DNA of 32,000 bases from Escherichia coli. GTDB lineage: Bacteria; Pseudomonadota; Gammaproteobacteria; Enterobacterales; Enterobacteriaceae. Positions 1 to 10,400 of this stretch are shown here, one piece after another. The notes beneath the pieces are model-generated. The model worked only from the letters and a program-made list of their open reading frames with translations. It ran no database searches and had not been told where the DNA came from. The first letter of the stretch is position 1. Every line of letters starts with the position of its first letter. The stretch lies in assembly GCF_031663095.1 (NCBI RefSeq), contig NZ_CP134366.1, one strand, 5' to 3'. The position numbers were made by a program, and so were the translations under genes.

Positions 1-208
1 TGTGATGAAATTTATGGTTAATAGAATTATTCATATTTTTCTCATTTTGATTTTATCAATTTGATTATTATTTATCATAAAGAAACGTCGCGAGATTATT
101 AAAGAATATCCATTAATGTGCAATTGAAATGTGATAATTATCACTGAACCGTTGTTGTCATTTGTTTTACAAAAGCAAGGGATTAAATCTCCTCCAATGG
201 ACAAAAAA

Positions 209-1543
209 ATGAATAATGACAATACCGATTACGTGAGTAATGAATCAGGGACGCTTTCGCGATTATTTAAACTACCTCAGCATGGGACCACCGTCCGCAC
301 AGAATTGATTGCGGGGATGACCACTTTTTTAACCATGGTGTACATCGTTTTTGTGAACCCGCAAATCCTCGGCGCGGCACAAATGGACCCGAAAGTGGTG
401 TTTGTTACCACCTGTTTGATTGCCGGTATCGGCAGTATTGCGATGGGGATATTTGCTAACTTACCCGTGGCGCTGGCTCCGGCAATGGGGCTGAACGCCT
501 TCTTTGCGTTCGTGGTCGTGGGGGCGATGGGTATCTCCTGGCAGACCGGGATGGGCGCGATATTCTGGGGCGCAGTTGGGCTATTTTTGCTCACGCTGTT
601 TCGTATCCGGTACTGGATGATCTCCAACATTCCATTAAGTTTACGTATTGGTATCACCAGCGGAATCGGATTATTTATCGCCTTAATGGGATTAAAAAAT
701 ACTGGCGTTATTGTCGCCAATAAAGACACCCTGGTGATGATTGGCGATTTAAGTTCTCACGGCGTGTTGTTAGGTATTTTAGGGTTTTTTATTATAACCG
801 TGTTGTCATCACGTCATTTTCATGCCGCGGTGCTTGTTTCTATTGTGGTGACGTCTTGCTGTGGATTATTTTTCGGTGATGTTCATTTTAGCGGCGTCTA
901 TTCCATTCCGCCTGATATTAGCGGCGTCATTGGTGAAGTGGATTTGAGCGGCGCGTTATCACTTGAACTCGCCGGTATCATTTTCTCCTTTATGCTGATC
1001 AACTTATTTGATTCATCAGGAACATTAATTGGTGTAACTGATAAAGCTGGCTTAATAGATAGTAACGGTAAATTCCCCAATATGAATAAGGCGCTGTATG
1101 TTGATAGCGTCAGTTCGGTGGCGGGTGCGTTTATCGGTACCTCGTCTGTTACCGCCTATATTGAAAGTACTTCAGGTGTGGCTGTCGGTGGTCGCACGGG
1201 GCTGACTGCGGTTGTGGTCGGCGTTATGTTCCTGTTGGTTATGTTCTTCTCACCGCTGGTGGCGATGGTTCCTCCTTACGCAACCGCCGGAGCGTTAATC
1301 TTTGTTGGCGTGCTGATGACTTCGAGCCTGGCGCGCGTTAACTGGGATGATTTTACCGAATCGGTGCCCGCATTTATTACCACGGTGATGATGCCCTTTA
1401 CTTTCTCGATCACCGAAGGGATTGCACTCGGCTTTATGTCGTACTGCATCATGAAAGTGTGCACCGGGCGCTGGCGCGATCTGAACCTGTGTGTGGTGGT
1501 GGTCGCAGCTCTGTTTGCACTGAAGATTATTCTGGTGGATTAG
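209..1543 (+). CDS. adeQ: Adenine/purine permease of the NCS2/AzgA-like family (AdeQ/YicO)
   Basis: Long ORF; protein MNNDNTDYVSNESGTLSRLFKLPQHGTTVRTELIAGMTTFLTMVYIVFVNP... recognised as YicO. The ORF track start at 131 is a GTG extension; the ATG at 209 gives 444 aa. Confidence 0.93.
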   Translation: MNNDNTDYVSNESGTLSRLFKLPQHGTTVRTELIAGMTTFLTMVYIVFVNPQILGAAQMDPKVVFVTTCLIAGIGSIAMGIFANLPVALAPAMGLNAFFAFVVVGAMGISWQTGMGAIFWGAVGLFLLTLFRIRYWMISNIPLSLRIGITSGIGLFIALMGLKNTGVIVANKDTLVMIGDLSSHGVLLGILGFFIITVLSSRHFHAAVLVSIVVTSCCGLFFGDVHFSGVYSIPPDISGVIGEVDLSGALSLELAGIIFSFMLINLFDSSGTLIGVTDKAGLIDSNGKFPNMNKALYVDSVSSVAGAFIGTSSVTAYIESTSGVAVGGRTGLTAVVVGVMFLLVMFFSPLVAMVPPYATAGALIFVGVLMTSSLARVNWDDFTESVPAFITTVMMPFTFSITEGIALGFMSYCIMKVCTGRWRDLNLCVVVVAALFALKIILVD

Positions 1544-1595
1544 TAACTGGCGAGGGTTTCCAGATATTATGAGTTCTGATTACGCAGGAGAACTC

Positions 1596-2048
1596 ATGAT
1601 CTGGATAATGCTCGCCACGCTGGCGGTAGTGTTTGTGATTGGTTTTCGGGTGCTGACATCCGGGGCCAGAAAAGCGATTCGCCGTCTCAGCGATCGGCTG
1701 AACATCGATGTCGTACCCGTGGAGTCGATGGTCGATCAAATGGGAAAGTCAGCCGGTGACGAATTTTTACGTTATTTGCATCGCCCGGATGAGTCGCACC
1801 TGCAAAACGCCGCGCAGGTGTTGCTCATCTGGCAAATTGTCATTGTCGATGGTAGCGAACAGAACATGCTGCAATGGCATCGGATTTTACAAAAAGCCCG
1901 CCTTGCCGCGCCGATTACTGATGCTCAGGTCAGGCTGGCGCTGGGTTTTCTGCGCGAAACCGAACCTGAAATGCAGGATATTAATGCTTTTCAGATGCGC
2001 TATAACGCGTTCTTTCAGCCTGCCGAGGGCGTTCACTGGCTGCATTAA
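1596..2048 (+). CDS. yicN: YicN family membrane-anchored protein of unknown function
   Basis: ORF with AGGAG-type RBS before the ATG at 1596 (MIWIMLATLAVVFVIGFRVLTSGARKAIRRLSDRLNIDVVPVESMVDQMG...); position directly after adeQ matches the E. coli backbone. Confidence 0.88.
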   Translation: MIWIMLATLAVVFVIGFRVLTSGARKAIRRLSDRLNIDVVPVESMVDQMGKSAGDEFLRYLHRPDESHLQNAAQVLLIWQIVIVDGSEQNMLQWHRILQKARLAAPITDAQVRLALGFLRETEPEMQDINAFQMRYNAFFQPAEGVHWLH

Positions 2049-2088
2049 AACCGCTTCGTCTTATCAGCCTACAGACCGCGCCTGACCT

Positions 2089-2128
2089 GTAGGGTGGATT
2101 AGGCGTTCACGCCGCATCCGGTATTGGA
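2089..2128. repeat. REP/BIME-like element
   Basis: GGATTAGGCGTTCACGCCGCATCCGGTATTGG resembles the E. coli REP consensus (GCCGGATGCGGCGTGAACGCC...), located 3' of yicN. Confidence 0.7.
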
Positions 2129-2163
2129 ACTGACAGTAGGTGAACGCATTATCTACGTTCTAT

Positions 2164-2487
2164 TTACAGCAGCACCTCCAGCCCGTGTTTTTGCACAATG
2201 CTGAGCAGTTTTAATGAAATGCCATTGGGGCGTTTAGCGCCACTTTCCCATTTTTGTACAGTTGAAACGCTGGTATTGAGATAGTGAGCGAAGACGGGTT
2301 GACTCACTTTTAATTTTTCCCGCAGTGCTTTTATCTCAACAGGTTGTAAGTCTTGCACGCTGGTCAGGCAGGCTTTGTCAAAAGTACGCATTGTTTCGGC
2401 AGAAATAGCATCGACGCTGGACAATCCAGCCGCTGCGCTGTGAATAGCCTCAAATGCAGGACTTTTAAATTTAGTTTTTGCAGTCAT
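2164..2487 (-). CDS. HTH antitoxin/transcriptional regulator of a higBA/NadS-like type II toxin-antitoxin pair
   Basis: 107-aa ORF with C-terminal XRE-like HTH: ALREKLKVSQPVFAHYLNTSVSTVQKWESGAKRPNGISLKLLSIVQKHGLEVLL; sits directly downstream of the toxin-like ORF. Confidence 0.85.
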   Translation of the reverse strand: MTAKTKFKSPAFEAIHSAAAGLSSVDAISAETMRTFDKACLTSVQDLQPVEIKALREKLKVSQPVFAHYLNTSVSTVQKWESGAKRPNGISLKLLSIVQKHGLEVLL

Positions 2488-2499
2488 AGCAGATCTCTG

Positions 2500-2829
2500 T
2501 CAGTTCTTTAGTGTAATCATTGCTGTTAGTTGGGCTTTCGTCAGGAAGGCATAATGCTTTGCAAGTTCACGAAACCCAGCCAGTTCCTGACTATTGATGT
2601 TCGACATATCCTGTTTTGCATATAAAAACGTGTAAAACCAATTGCTTCCCCCTTTTGCCAGAATAATTGCACGCTCACGATTTCGGTGAAGGCGCTTTTT
2701 AAAAACGCCACCACCAAGTACATCAGCTTTACCTTGTTCCGTTTCTAAAATGGCCCGGCACAACTCTTCATCTGTCATTGCATGAGACCTGGCTTCCCTT
2801 GCAAACTATTTGGTTTTAAACACGCGTAT
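2500..2829 (-). pseudogene. RelE/HigB-like toxin gene, probably inactivated at its 5' end
   Basis: ORF 2500..2778 (MTDEELCRAILETEQGKADVLGGGVFKKRLHRNRERAIILAKGGSNWFYTFLYAKQDMSN...) lacks the usual N-terminus. The same frame upstream reads ATA CGC GTG TTT AAA ACC AAA TAG TTT GCA AGG GAA GCC (I-R-V-F-K-T-K-stop-F-A-R-E-A), the expected toxin start with an ATA instead of ATG and an in-frame TAG at 2806-2808. Confidence 0.7.
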
Positions 2830-3056
2830 ATCGTTGAGATCCTGTTATTAAAGTATATCACCAAGTGCAATACTTTATCCCTTATTCCCAACCCCATTGC
2901 GAAAATGCATATCACCTTGCCCTATGATTTTTATTTCTTCGAGCAGCCTCGAACTTTTCCCACAACACCGTAAAAGTTGCAAAAACGTTAAATGCGTCAC
3001 ACATTTCAATGTTAAAGTGGTCGGCTTTTCCCCTGAAACATGCCACGGGTAACACC

Positions 3057-4241
3057 ATGAGTGAATTTATTGCCGAAAACCGCGGCGCGGATGCCATCAC
3101 CCGACCGAACTGGTCAGCCGTTTTCTCGGTGGCGTTTTGCGTCGCCTGTCTGATTATCGTTGAGTTTTTGCCCGTCAGTTTGTTGACGCCAATGGCCCAG
3201 GATTTAGGCATTTCGGAAGGGGTTGCCGGGCAATCGGTGACCGTGACCGCCTTTGTGGCAATGTTTGCCAGTTTGTTTATTACCCAGACCATTCAGGCCA
3301 CTGACCGCCGCTATGTTGTTATTTTGTTTGCCGTTTTGCTGACGCTCTCCTGCTTGCTGGTTTCCTTTGCTAACTCATTCAGTTTGCTTTTAATCGGTCG
3401 TGCCTGTCTGGGGCTGGCGCTGGGTGGGTTCTGGGCGATGTCGGCGTCGCTGACCATGCGTCTGGTACCGCCGCGTACGGTGCCGAAGGCGCTGTCGGTG
3501 ATCTTCGGCGCGGTTTCTATTGCGCTGGTGATTGCCGCACCGTTGGGCAGTTTTTTAGGCGAGCTTATCGGTTGGCGCAATGTCTTTAATGCGGCGGCGG
3601 TGATGGGCGTGCTGTGTATTTTCTGGATTATCAAATCATTGCCTTCGCTGCCAGGCGAACCCTCGCATCAGAAACAAAATACTTTCCGCTTATTACAACG
3701 TCCGGGTGTGATGGCAGGGATGATCGCCATCTTCATGTCTTTCGCCGGGCAGTTTGCTTTCTTCACGTATATTCGCCCGGTGTATATGAACCTGGCGGGA
3801 TTCGGCGTGGATGGCTTAACGCTGGTGCTGTTGAGTTTTGGTATCGCCAGCTTTATTGGTACGTCGCTTTCGTCGTTCATTCTTAAACGTTCGGTAAAAC
3901 TGGCCTTAGCAGGCGCGCCGTTAATACTGGCTGTGAGTGCGTTGGTGCTGACGTTGTGGGGAAGCGATAAAATCGTTGCTACCGGCGTGGCGATTATCTG
4001 GGGGCTAACTTTTGCATTGGTTCCTGTCGGCTGGTCAACGTGGATCACCCGCTCACTGGCCGATCAGGCAGAAAAAGCCGGGTCTATTCAGGTGGCGGTT
4101 ATTCAGCTTGCTAATACCTGTGGCGCGGCAATCGGCGGTTATGCGCTGGATAATATTGGTCTGACTTCGCCGTTGATGTTGTCCGGCACATTGATGTTGC
4201 TGACGGCGTTATTGGTCACCGCAAAGGTGAAAATGAAGTAA
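3057..4241 (+). CDS. nepI: MFS purine ribonucleoside efflux pump NepI
   Basis: 394-aa MFS transporter [55 protein letters not shown]...; backbone position. Confidence 0.92.
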   Translation: MSEFIAENRGADAITRPNWSAVFSVAFCVACLIIVEFLPVSLLTPMAQDLGISEGVAGQSVTVTAFVAMFASLFITQTIQATDRRYVVILFAVLLTLSCLLVSFANSFSLLLIGRACLGLALGGFWAMSASLTMRLVPPRTVPKALSVIFGAVSIALVIAAPLGSFLGELIGWRNVFNAAAVMGVLCIFWIIKSLPSLPGEPSHQKQNTFRLLQRPGVMAGMIAIFMSFAGQFAFFTYIRPVYMNLAGFGVDGLTLVLLSFGIASFIGTSLSSFILKRSVKLALAGAPLILAVSALVLTLWGSDKIVATGVAIIWGLTFALVPVGWSTWITRSLADQAEKAGSIQVAVIQLANTCGAAIGGYALDNIGLTSPLMLSGTLMLLTALLVTAKVKMK

Positions 4242-4442
4242 CGTATTTACAGGAGGGTTATTGCTCTGGCGGGAAAGCTCTCCTGTTCTTCCCCCTGATA
4301 ACCCTTGATCAGGTATTGTTCTTATCTTGTTGTTATTTCCATTATTCCGCCTGTATTCATCATTTGCTAATCATGAATCATCATTTTCCCTCATGTTAAA
4401 GAAAGGTCATTTAATCTGAACGCATAGCGACAGGGATGACAA

Positions 4443-7400
4443 ATGGCAGGGAAAGCGCATGGGAATGGCGATCGTCGGGGCGATAACACCATATGTGGAT
4501 TGGGGGATCGTTTACGTCGTCTGACCGCCGGTATTTGCCTGATAACACAAACTATATTCCCTGTTATGGCTGCTGCCCCTACGCATATTAATCCTGCGCA
4601 CTCGGATACTGCCGCGTCACTGATCCTGCCGAACGTTAAAACTATTCCATATACCCTGGGTGCGTTGGAATCGCCACCAACGGTCGCGGCACGCTTTGGT
4701 ATCACCGTTGATGAATTACGTCGCCTGAATCAGTTCCGTACCTTTGCGCGGGGCTTTGACAATGTGCGTCAGGGCGATGAAATAGATGTGCCCCTCATTA
4801 ACAGTAACAGCCCTGAAGCGCGCAACCTGAAAGCAATGCAGATGGAGCGCGATGGCAAAGATCCGCAAATGCAGGTCGCGGAAGTGGCGCAGCAAAGCGG
4901 AACACTTTTAGCACGCGATATGGACAGCGAACAGGCGGCGAGTATGGCGCGTGGCTGGGTGGCTTCTTCTGCCTCTGCGCAGGCAACGGACTGGCTCAGT
5001 CGTTGGGGAACTGCCCGGGTATCTCTTGGTGTGGATGAAGATTTCAGCCTTAAAAGCTCGTCATTTGAATTTCTCCATCCCTGGTACGAAACGCCGGATA
5101 ACCTGGTCTTCAGCCAGCACACACTTCACCGTACGGATGATCGCACTCAAACCAACCACGGTATCGGCTGGCGTTATTTCACATCGAGCTGGATGTCTGG
5201 CGTCAATATGTTTATCGATCATGACCTGACCCGCTATCACACCCGAACCGGGATGGGCGTTGAATACTGGCGCGATTACCTGAAACTGAGCGGCAACGGT
5301 TATCTGCGCCTCAGTAACTGGCGTAGTGCACCGGAACTCGACAATGACTATGAAGCACGTCCGGCGAACGGGTGGGATCTTCGCGCCGAAGGCTGGTTAC
5401 CGGCCTGGCCGCAGCTGGGCGGCAAGCTGGTCTATGAACAATATTATGGCGATGAAGTGGCGCTGTTTGGTAAAGACGAGCGACAAAATGATCCTCACGC
5501 GATTACCGCAGGTTTGAGTTACACCCCCGTTCCCCTGATCTCCTTTAGTGCCGAGCAACGGCAGGGCAAACAGGGAGAAAACGACACCCGAATTGGTATG
5601 GAGTTGACGTTGCAACCCGGCCATTCACTGCAAAAACAGCTCGATCCGGCTGAAGTTGCAGCACGACGCAGCCTTGTGGGCAGTCGCTATGACCTGGTCG
5701 ATCGTAATAACAATATTGTCCTCGAATATCGCAAGAAAGAGCTGGTGCGGCTGACGCTGACCGATCCGTTGAAAGGCAAGCCGGGTGAGGTTAAATCGCT
5801 GGTTTCTTCCTTGCAAACCAAATATGCGCTGAAAGGTTATGACATTGAAGCCGCCTCCCTGCAATCAGCGGGCGGAAAAGTAGCTGTTTCCGGCAAGGAT
5901 ATTCAGGTCACTATTCCTCCCTACCGATTCACGGCAATGCCTGAAACCGACAACACTTACCCGATAGCGGTTACAGCGGAAGATTCGAAAGGAAATTTCT
6001 CCCGGCGTGAAGAAAGTATGGTGGTCGTGGAAAAACCCACATTAAGCCTCGCCGATTCAACGCTTTCTGTCGATCAGCAAATCCTGCTTGCTGATGGAAA
6101 ATCAACCTCAACGCTGACCTATACCGCGCGAGATTCCAGCGGCAAGCCAATCCCAGGTATGACGTTAAAAACACAGGTGAAAGGTTTGCAGGATTTCGCC
6201 TTAAGCGAATGGAAAGACAACGGTAACGGAACCTATACCCAAATAGTTACCGCCGGGAAGACGTCTGGCGCGTTATCGCTGATGCCGCAATTTAACGGCG
6301 ACGATATCGCTAAGACGCCAGCGCTGATTGCTATCGTGGCGAATACGGCATCCCGCGCTGACTCCACGATTGAGACAGACCAGGATAATTACGTCGCGGG
6401 TAAGCCGATAGTCGTTAAAGTGACCCTGAGAGATGATAACGGCAACGGGGTTACCGGACGAAAAGAACTTCTCAAACAAACCGTTAAAGTTGACAACACG
6501 AAGGCTGATGCCGTTAGTGCCTGGACGGAAGAAAGTGAGGGAATTTACAAAGCAAGCTATACGGCCCATCTCATTGGCGACAAATTAACGGCCCAGCTGA
6601 CGATGCCGGGCTGGCAAACCAAACATTCGGATGCGTTCAGTATTGCGGGTGATAAAGATACCGCCAAAATCGCAGCGATGCAGATCACCGCGAATAACGC
6701 AGTTGCCAGACGCGATCACAATACCGTCGCTGTGACGGTCAGGGATGTGCATCAAAATTTACTGCAGGGACAAAATGTTACCTTCACGGTCGTGAATGGT
6801 GCGGCGGTTTTTGCCGATCCAAATGGCGGTATTGTGACGACAGATAAAGACGGGATTGCCAGCGTTAACCTTGCCAGTGACCAGGCGGTAAATAGTCTTA
6901 TCAAGGCCGAGATCAATGGCAGTAGTCAGTCTGTGGAAGTGAGTTTTATTACTGGCGATATCTCGCAGCTGACCTCCACCATTAAGACAGACGATGTGTC
7001 ATACACCGCGGGTGGCAAGATAAAAGTGTCAGTTACCCTTATGGATGAGCAGAAAAACCTGGTGAAAGGGATGGCTTCGCTGCTGGCGGGTAGCAGTGTG
7101 GTCGAGGTGAGCGGTACAGATAAAAATGAAACGGGTAACTGGAGCGAAGAGTCTGATGGCGTTTACACCACCACCCGAACCGCGAAGATTGCTGGCGATC
7201 GCCATTACGCCACGCTGAAACTATCGACATGGAGTAGCGCGCAGCAATCCGATGCGTATGCCATCCGCGAAAGCGGAGCTGTGCTGGCTTATTCCTCCAT
7301 CGTTACCGACAAAACGGCCTACACCGCGGGCGGCGCGATAAAAGTTACGGTAACACTCAAGGATAGCTATGAAAACCTGGTCGGGGGGCAACGAGACGCT

Positions 7401-10400
7401 ATCAACCTGGCTATCCAGCTGCCAAATACAAAAGCGGAAAGCATCGCCTGGAATGAAGATCAAAAAGGAATTTATACCGCAACGTATACCGCCTTACTCC
7501 CTGGCACCGGTTTAAAAGCACAGCTACAGATGTCCGGCTGGGCGAACGCTCTGACTTCAAATGATTACAGTATTAGTGGCGATGCCGCCAGCGCACAAAT
7601 TGTCGCGATGCAAGTGACAACGGGTAACCCGGATGTGCTGGCGAATGGCAGCGATCGACATACGGTGAATGTCCGGGTGGAAGATCAGTTTGGCAATGTG
7701 CTGCCGGAGCAGACCGTCACCTTTACGGTGACGAAGGGGGCGGCTGTATTTGCCAATGCAGGGCAGAGCGCAGATATCAGGACGGATGCGCATGGCATGG
7801 CAGAGGTTGATCTGAGCAGTACCGTAGCGGATGCCAGCACTGTTGAGGCGAAGATCAATCAAAGCAGCGATAGTAAAACGGTGAACTTTATTGCTGATGT
7901 TAGCACGGCGCAGGTCGCTGAGCTGGTGGTGACGCAGGACGGCTCAGTGGCAGATGGCGCGACGGCGAACACGCTGCGGGCGAGGGTCACCGATGCGTTC
8001 GGGAATGCACTTGCCGGGCAGACGGTTAGCGTGTTGGCAGGCAACGGCGCAACGACTGCTCCGACGGTCACCACGCAGCCGGATGGCACGGTGGAGATCA
8101 GTGTCACCAGCCAGACCGCCGGAACCAGTGCGGTCACCGCCAGCATCAACAACAGCAGCCAGAGCCGGAACGTGACGTTTATTGCGGATGTCAGCACGGC
8201 GCAGATCGCGGATCTGGTCGTTAGCCAGGATAACGCGGTGGCAGACGGCGCGACGGCGAATACGCTGCAAGTGAGGGTCACCGATGCGTTCGGGAATGCA
8301 CTTGCCGGACAGACGGTCAGCGTGTTGGCGGATAACGGCGCAACGGTCGCTCCGGTGGTCACCACGCAGCCGGACGGCACGGTGGAAATCAGTGTCACCA
8401 GCCAGACGGCGGGCAGCAGTGCGGTCACCGTCAGTATCAACAGCAGCAGTCAGAGCCGGGACGTGACGTTTATCGCGGATGTCAGGACGGCGAAGATCGC
8501 TGATCTGGTGGTCACCCGGGATAACTCAGTGGCAGACGGTGCAATGGCGAATACGCTGCGGGCGAGGGTGACCGATGCGTTCGGGAATGCACTTGCCGGG
8601 CAGACGGTCAGCGTGACGGCAGGCAACGGCGCAACGGTTGCTCCGGTGGTCACCACGCAGCCGGACGGCACGGTGGAAATCAGTGTCACCAGCCAGACGG
8701 CGGGAGTCAGTGCAGTCACTGCAACCATCAACAGCAGTACTCAGAGTCAGAACGTGACATTTATCGCCGATGTCAGGACGGCGAAGATCGCGGATCTGGT
8801 GGTCATTAAGGACGACTCAGTGGCAGACGGTGCAATGGCGAACACGCTGCGGGTGAAGGTCACCGATGCGTTCGGTAATGCGCTTGCCGGACAGACGGTC
8901 AGCGTGTTGGCAGGCAACGGTGCCACGACTGCTCCGACGGTCACCACGCAGCCGGACGGCACGGTGGAGATCTCTGTCACCAGCCAGACGGCAGGCACCA
9001 GTGCGGTCACTGCCAGCATCAACAGCAGCAGCCTGAGCCGGAACGTGACGTTTGTTGCCGATGTCAGGACGGCGAAGATCGCGAGTCTGGAGGTGACGCA
9101 GGATAACTCAGTGGCTGACGGCGCAATGGCGAACACGCTGCGGGTGAAGGTCACCGATGCGTTCGGGAATGCGCTGAATGGACAGACGGTCAGCGTGATG
9201 GCGGACAACGGCGCAACGGTTGCCCCGACGGTGATCACCGAGCCGGACGGCACGGTGGAAATCAGTGTCACCAGCCAGACGGCGGGAACCAGTACAGTCA
9301 CTGCCAGTATCAACAACAGCAGCCAGAGCCGGAACGTGACGTTTATCGCCGATGTCAGGACGGCGCAGATCGCGGATCTGGTGGTCATTAAGGACGGTTC
9401 AGAGGCGGACGGTGCGACGGCGAACACGCTACGGGCGAGGGTGACCGATGCATTCGGTAATGCGCTTGCCGGGCAGACGGTCAGCGTGTTGGCGGACAAC
9501 GGCGCAACGACTGCCCCGACGGTCATCACAGAGCCCGACGGTACGGTGGAGATCTCTGTCACCAGCCAGACCGCCGGAATCAGTGCGGTCACTGCAACCA
9601 TCAACAACAGCACCGCGAGTCAGAATGTGATGTTTATCGCCGATGTCAGGACGGCGAAGATCGCGGACCTGGTGGTCATTAAGGACGACTCAGTGGCAGA
9701 CGGTGCAATGGCGAACACGCTGCAAGTGAAGGTCACCGATGCTAACGGGAATGCACTTGCCGGACAGACGGTCAGCGTGTTGGCAGGCAACGGTGCCACG
9801 ACTGCTCCGACGGTCACCACGCAGCCGGACGGCACGGTGGAGATCTCAGTCACCAGCCAGACCGCCGGAATCAGTGCGGTCACCGCCAGCATTAACAACA
9901 GCAGCCAGAGCCGGAACGTGACGTTTATCGCCGATGTTAGCACGGCGCAGATCGCGAGTCTGGAGGTGACGCAGGATAACGCCGTGGCAGACGGCGCAAT
10001 GGCGAATACGCTGCTGGTGAGGGTGACCGATGCGTTCGGTAATACGCTTGCCGGGCAGACGGTCAGCGTATTGGCGGATACCGGCACAACGGTCGCTCCG
10101 ACTGTCATCACAGGGCTGGACGGCACGGTGGAAATCAGTGTCACCAGCCAGACGGCAGGCACCAGTGCGGTCACCGCCAGTATCAACAGCAGTACCGCGA
10201 GCCGGAACGTGACGTTTGTTGCAGATGTCAGGACGGCGAAGATCGCTGATCTGGTGGTCATTAAGGATGGCTCAGTGGCTGACGGCGCAATGGCGAACAC
10301 GCTGCGGGTGAAGATCACCGATGCATTCGGTAATACGCTTGCCGGGCAGACAGTCAGCGTGTTGGCGGACAACGGTGCCACGACTGCTCCGACGGTCACC

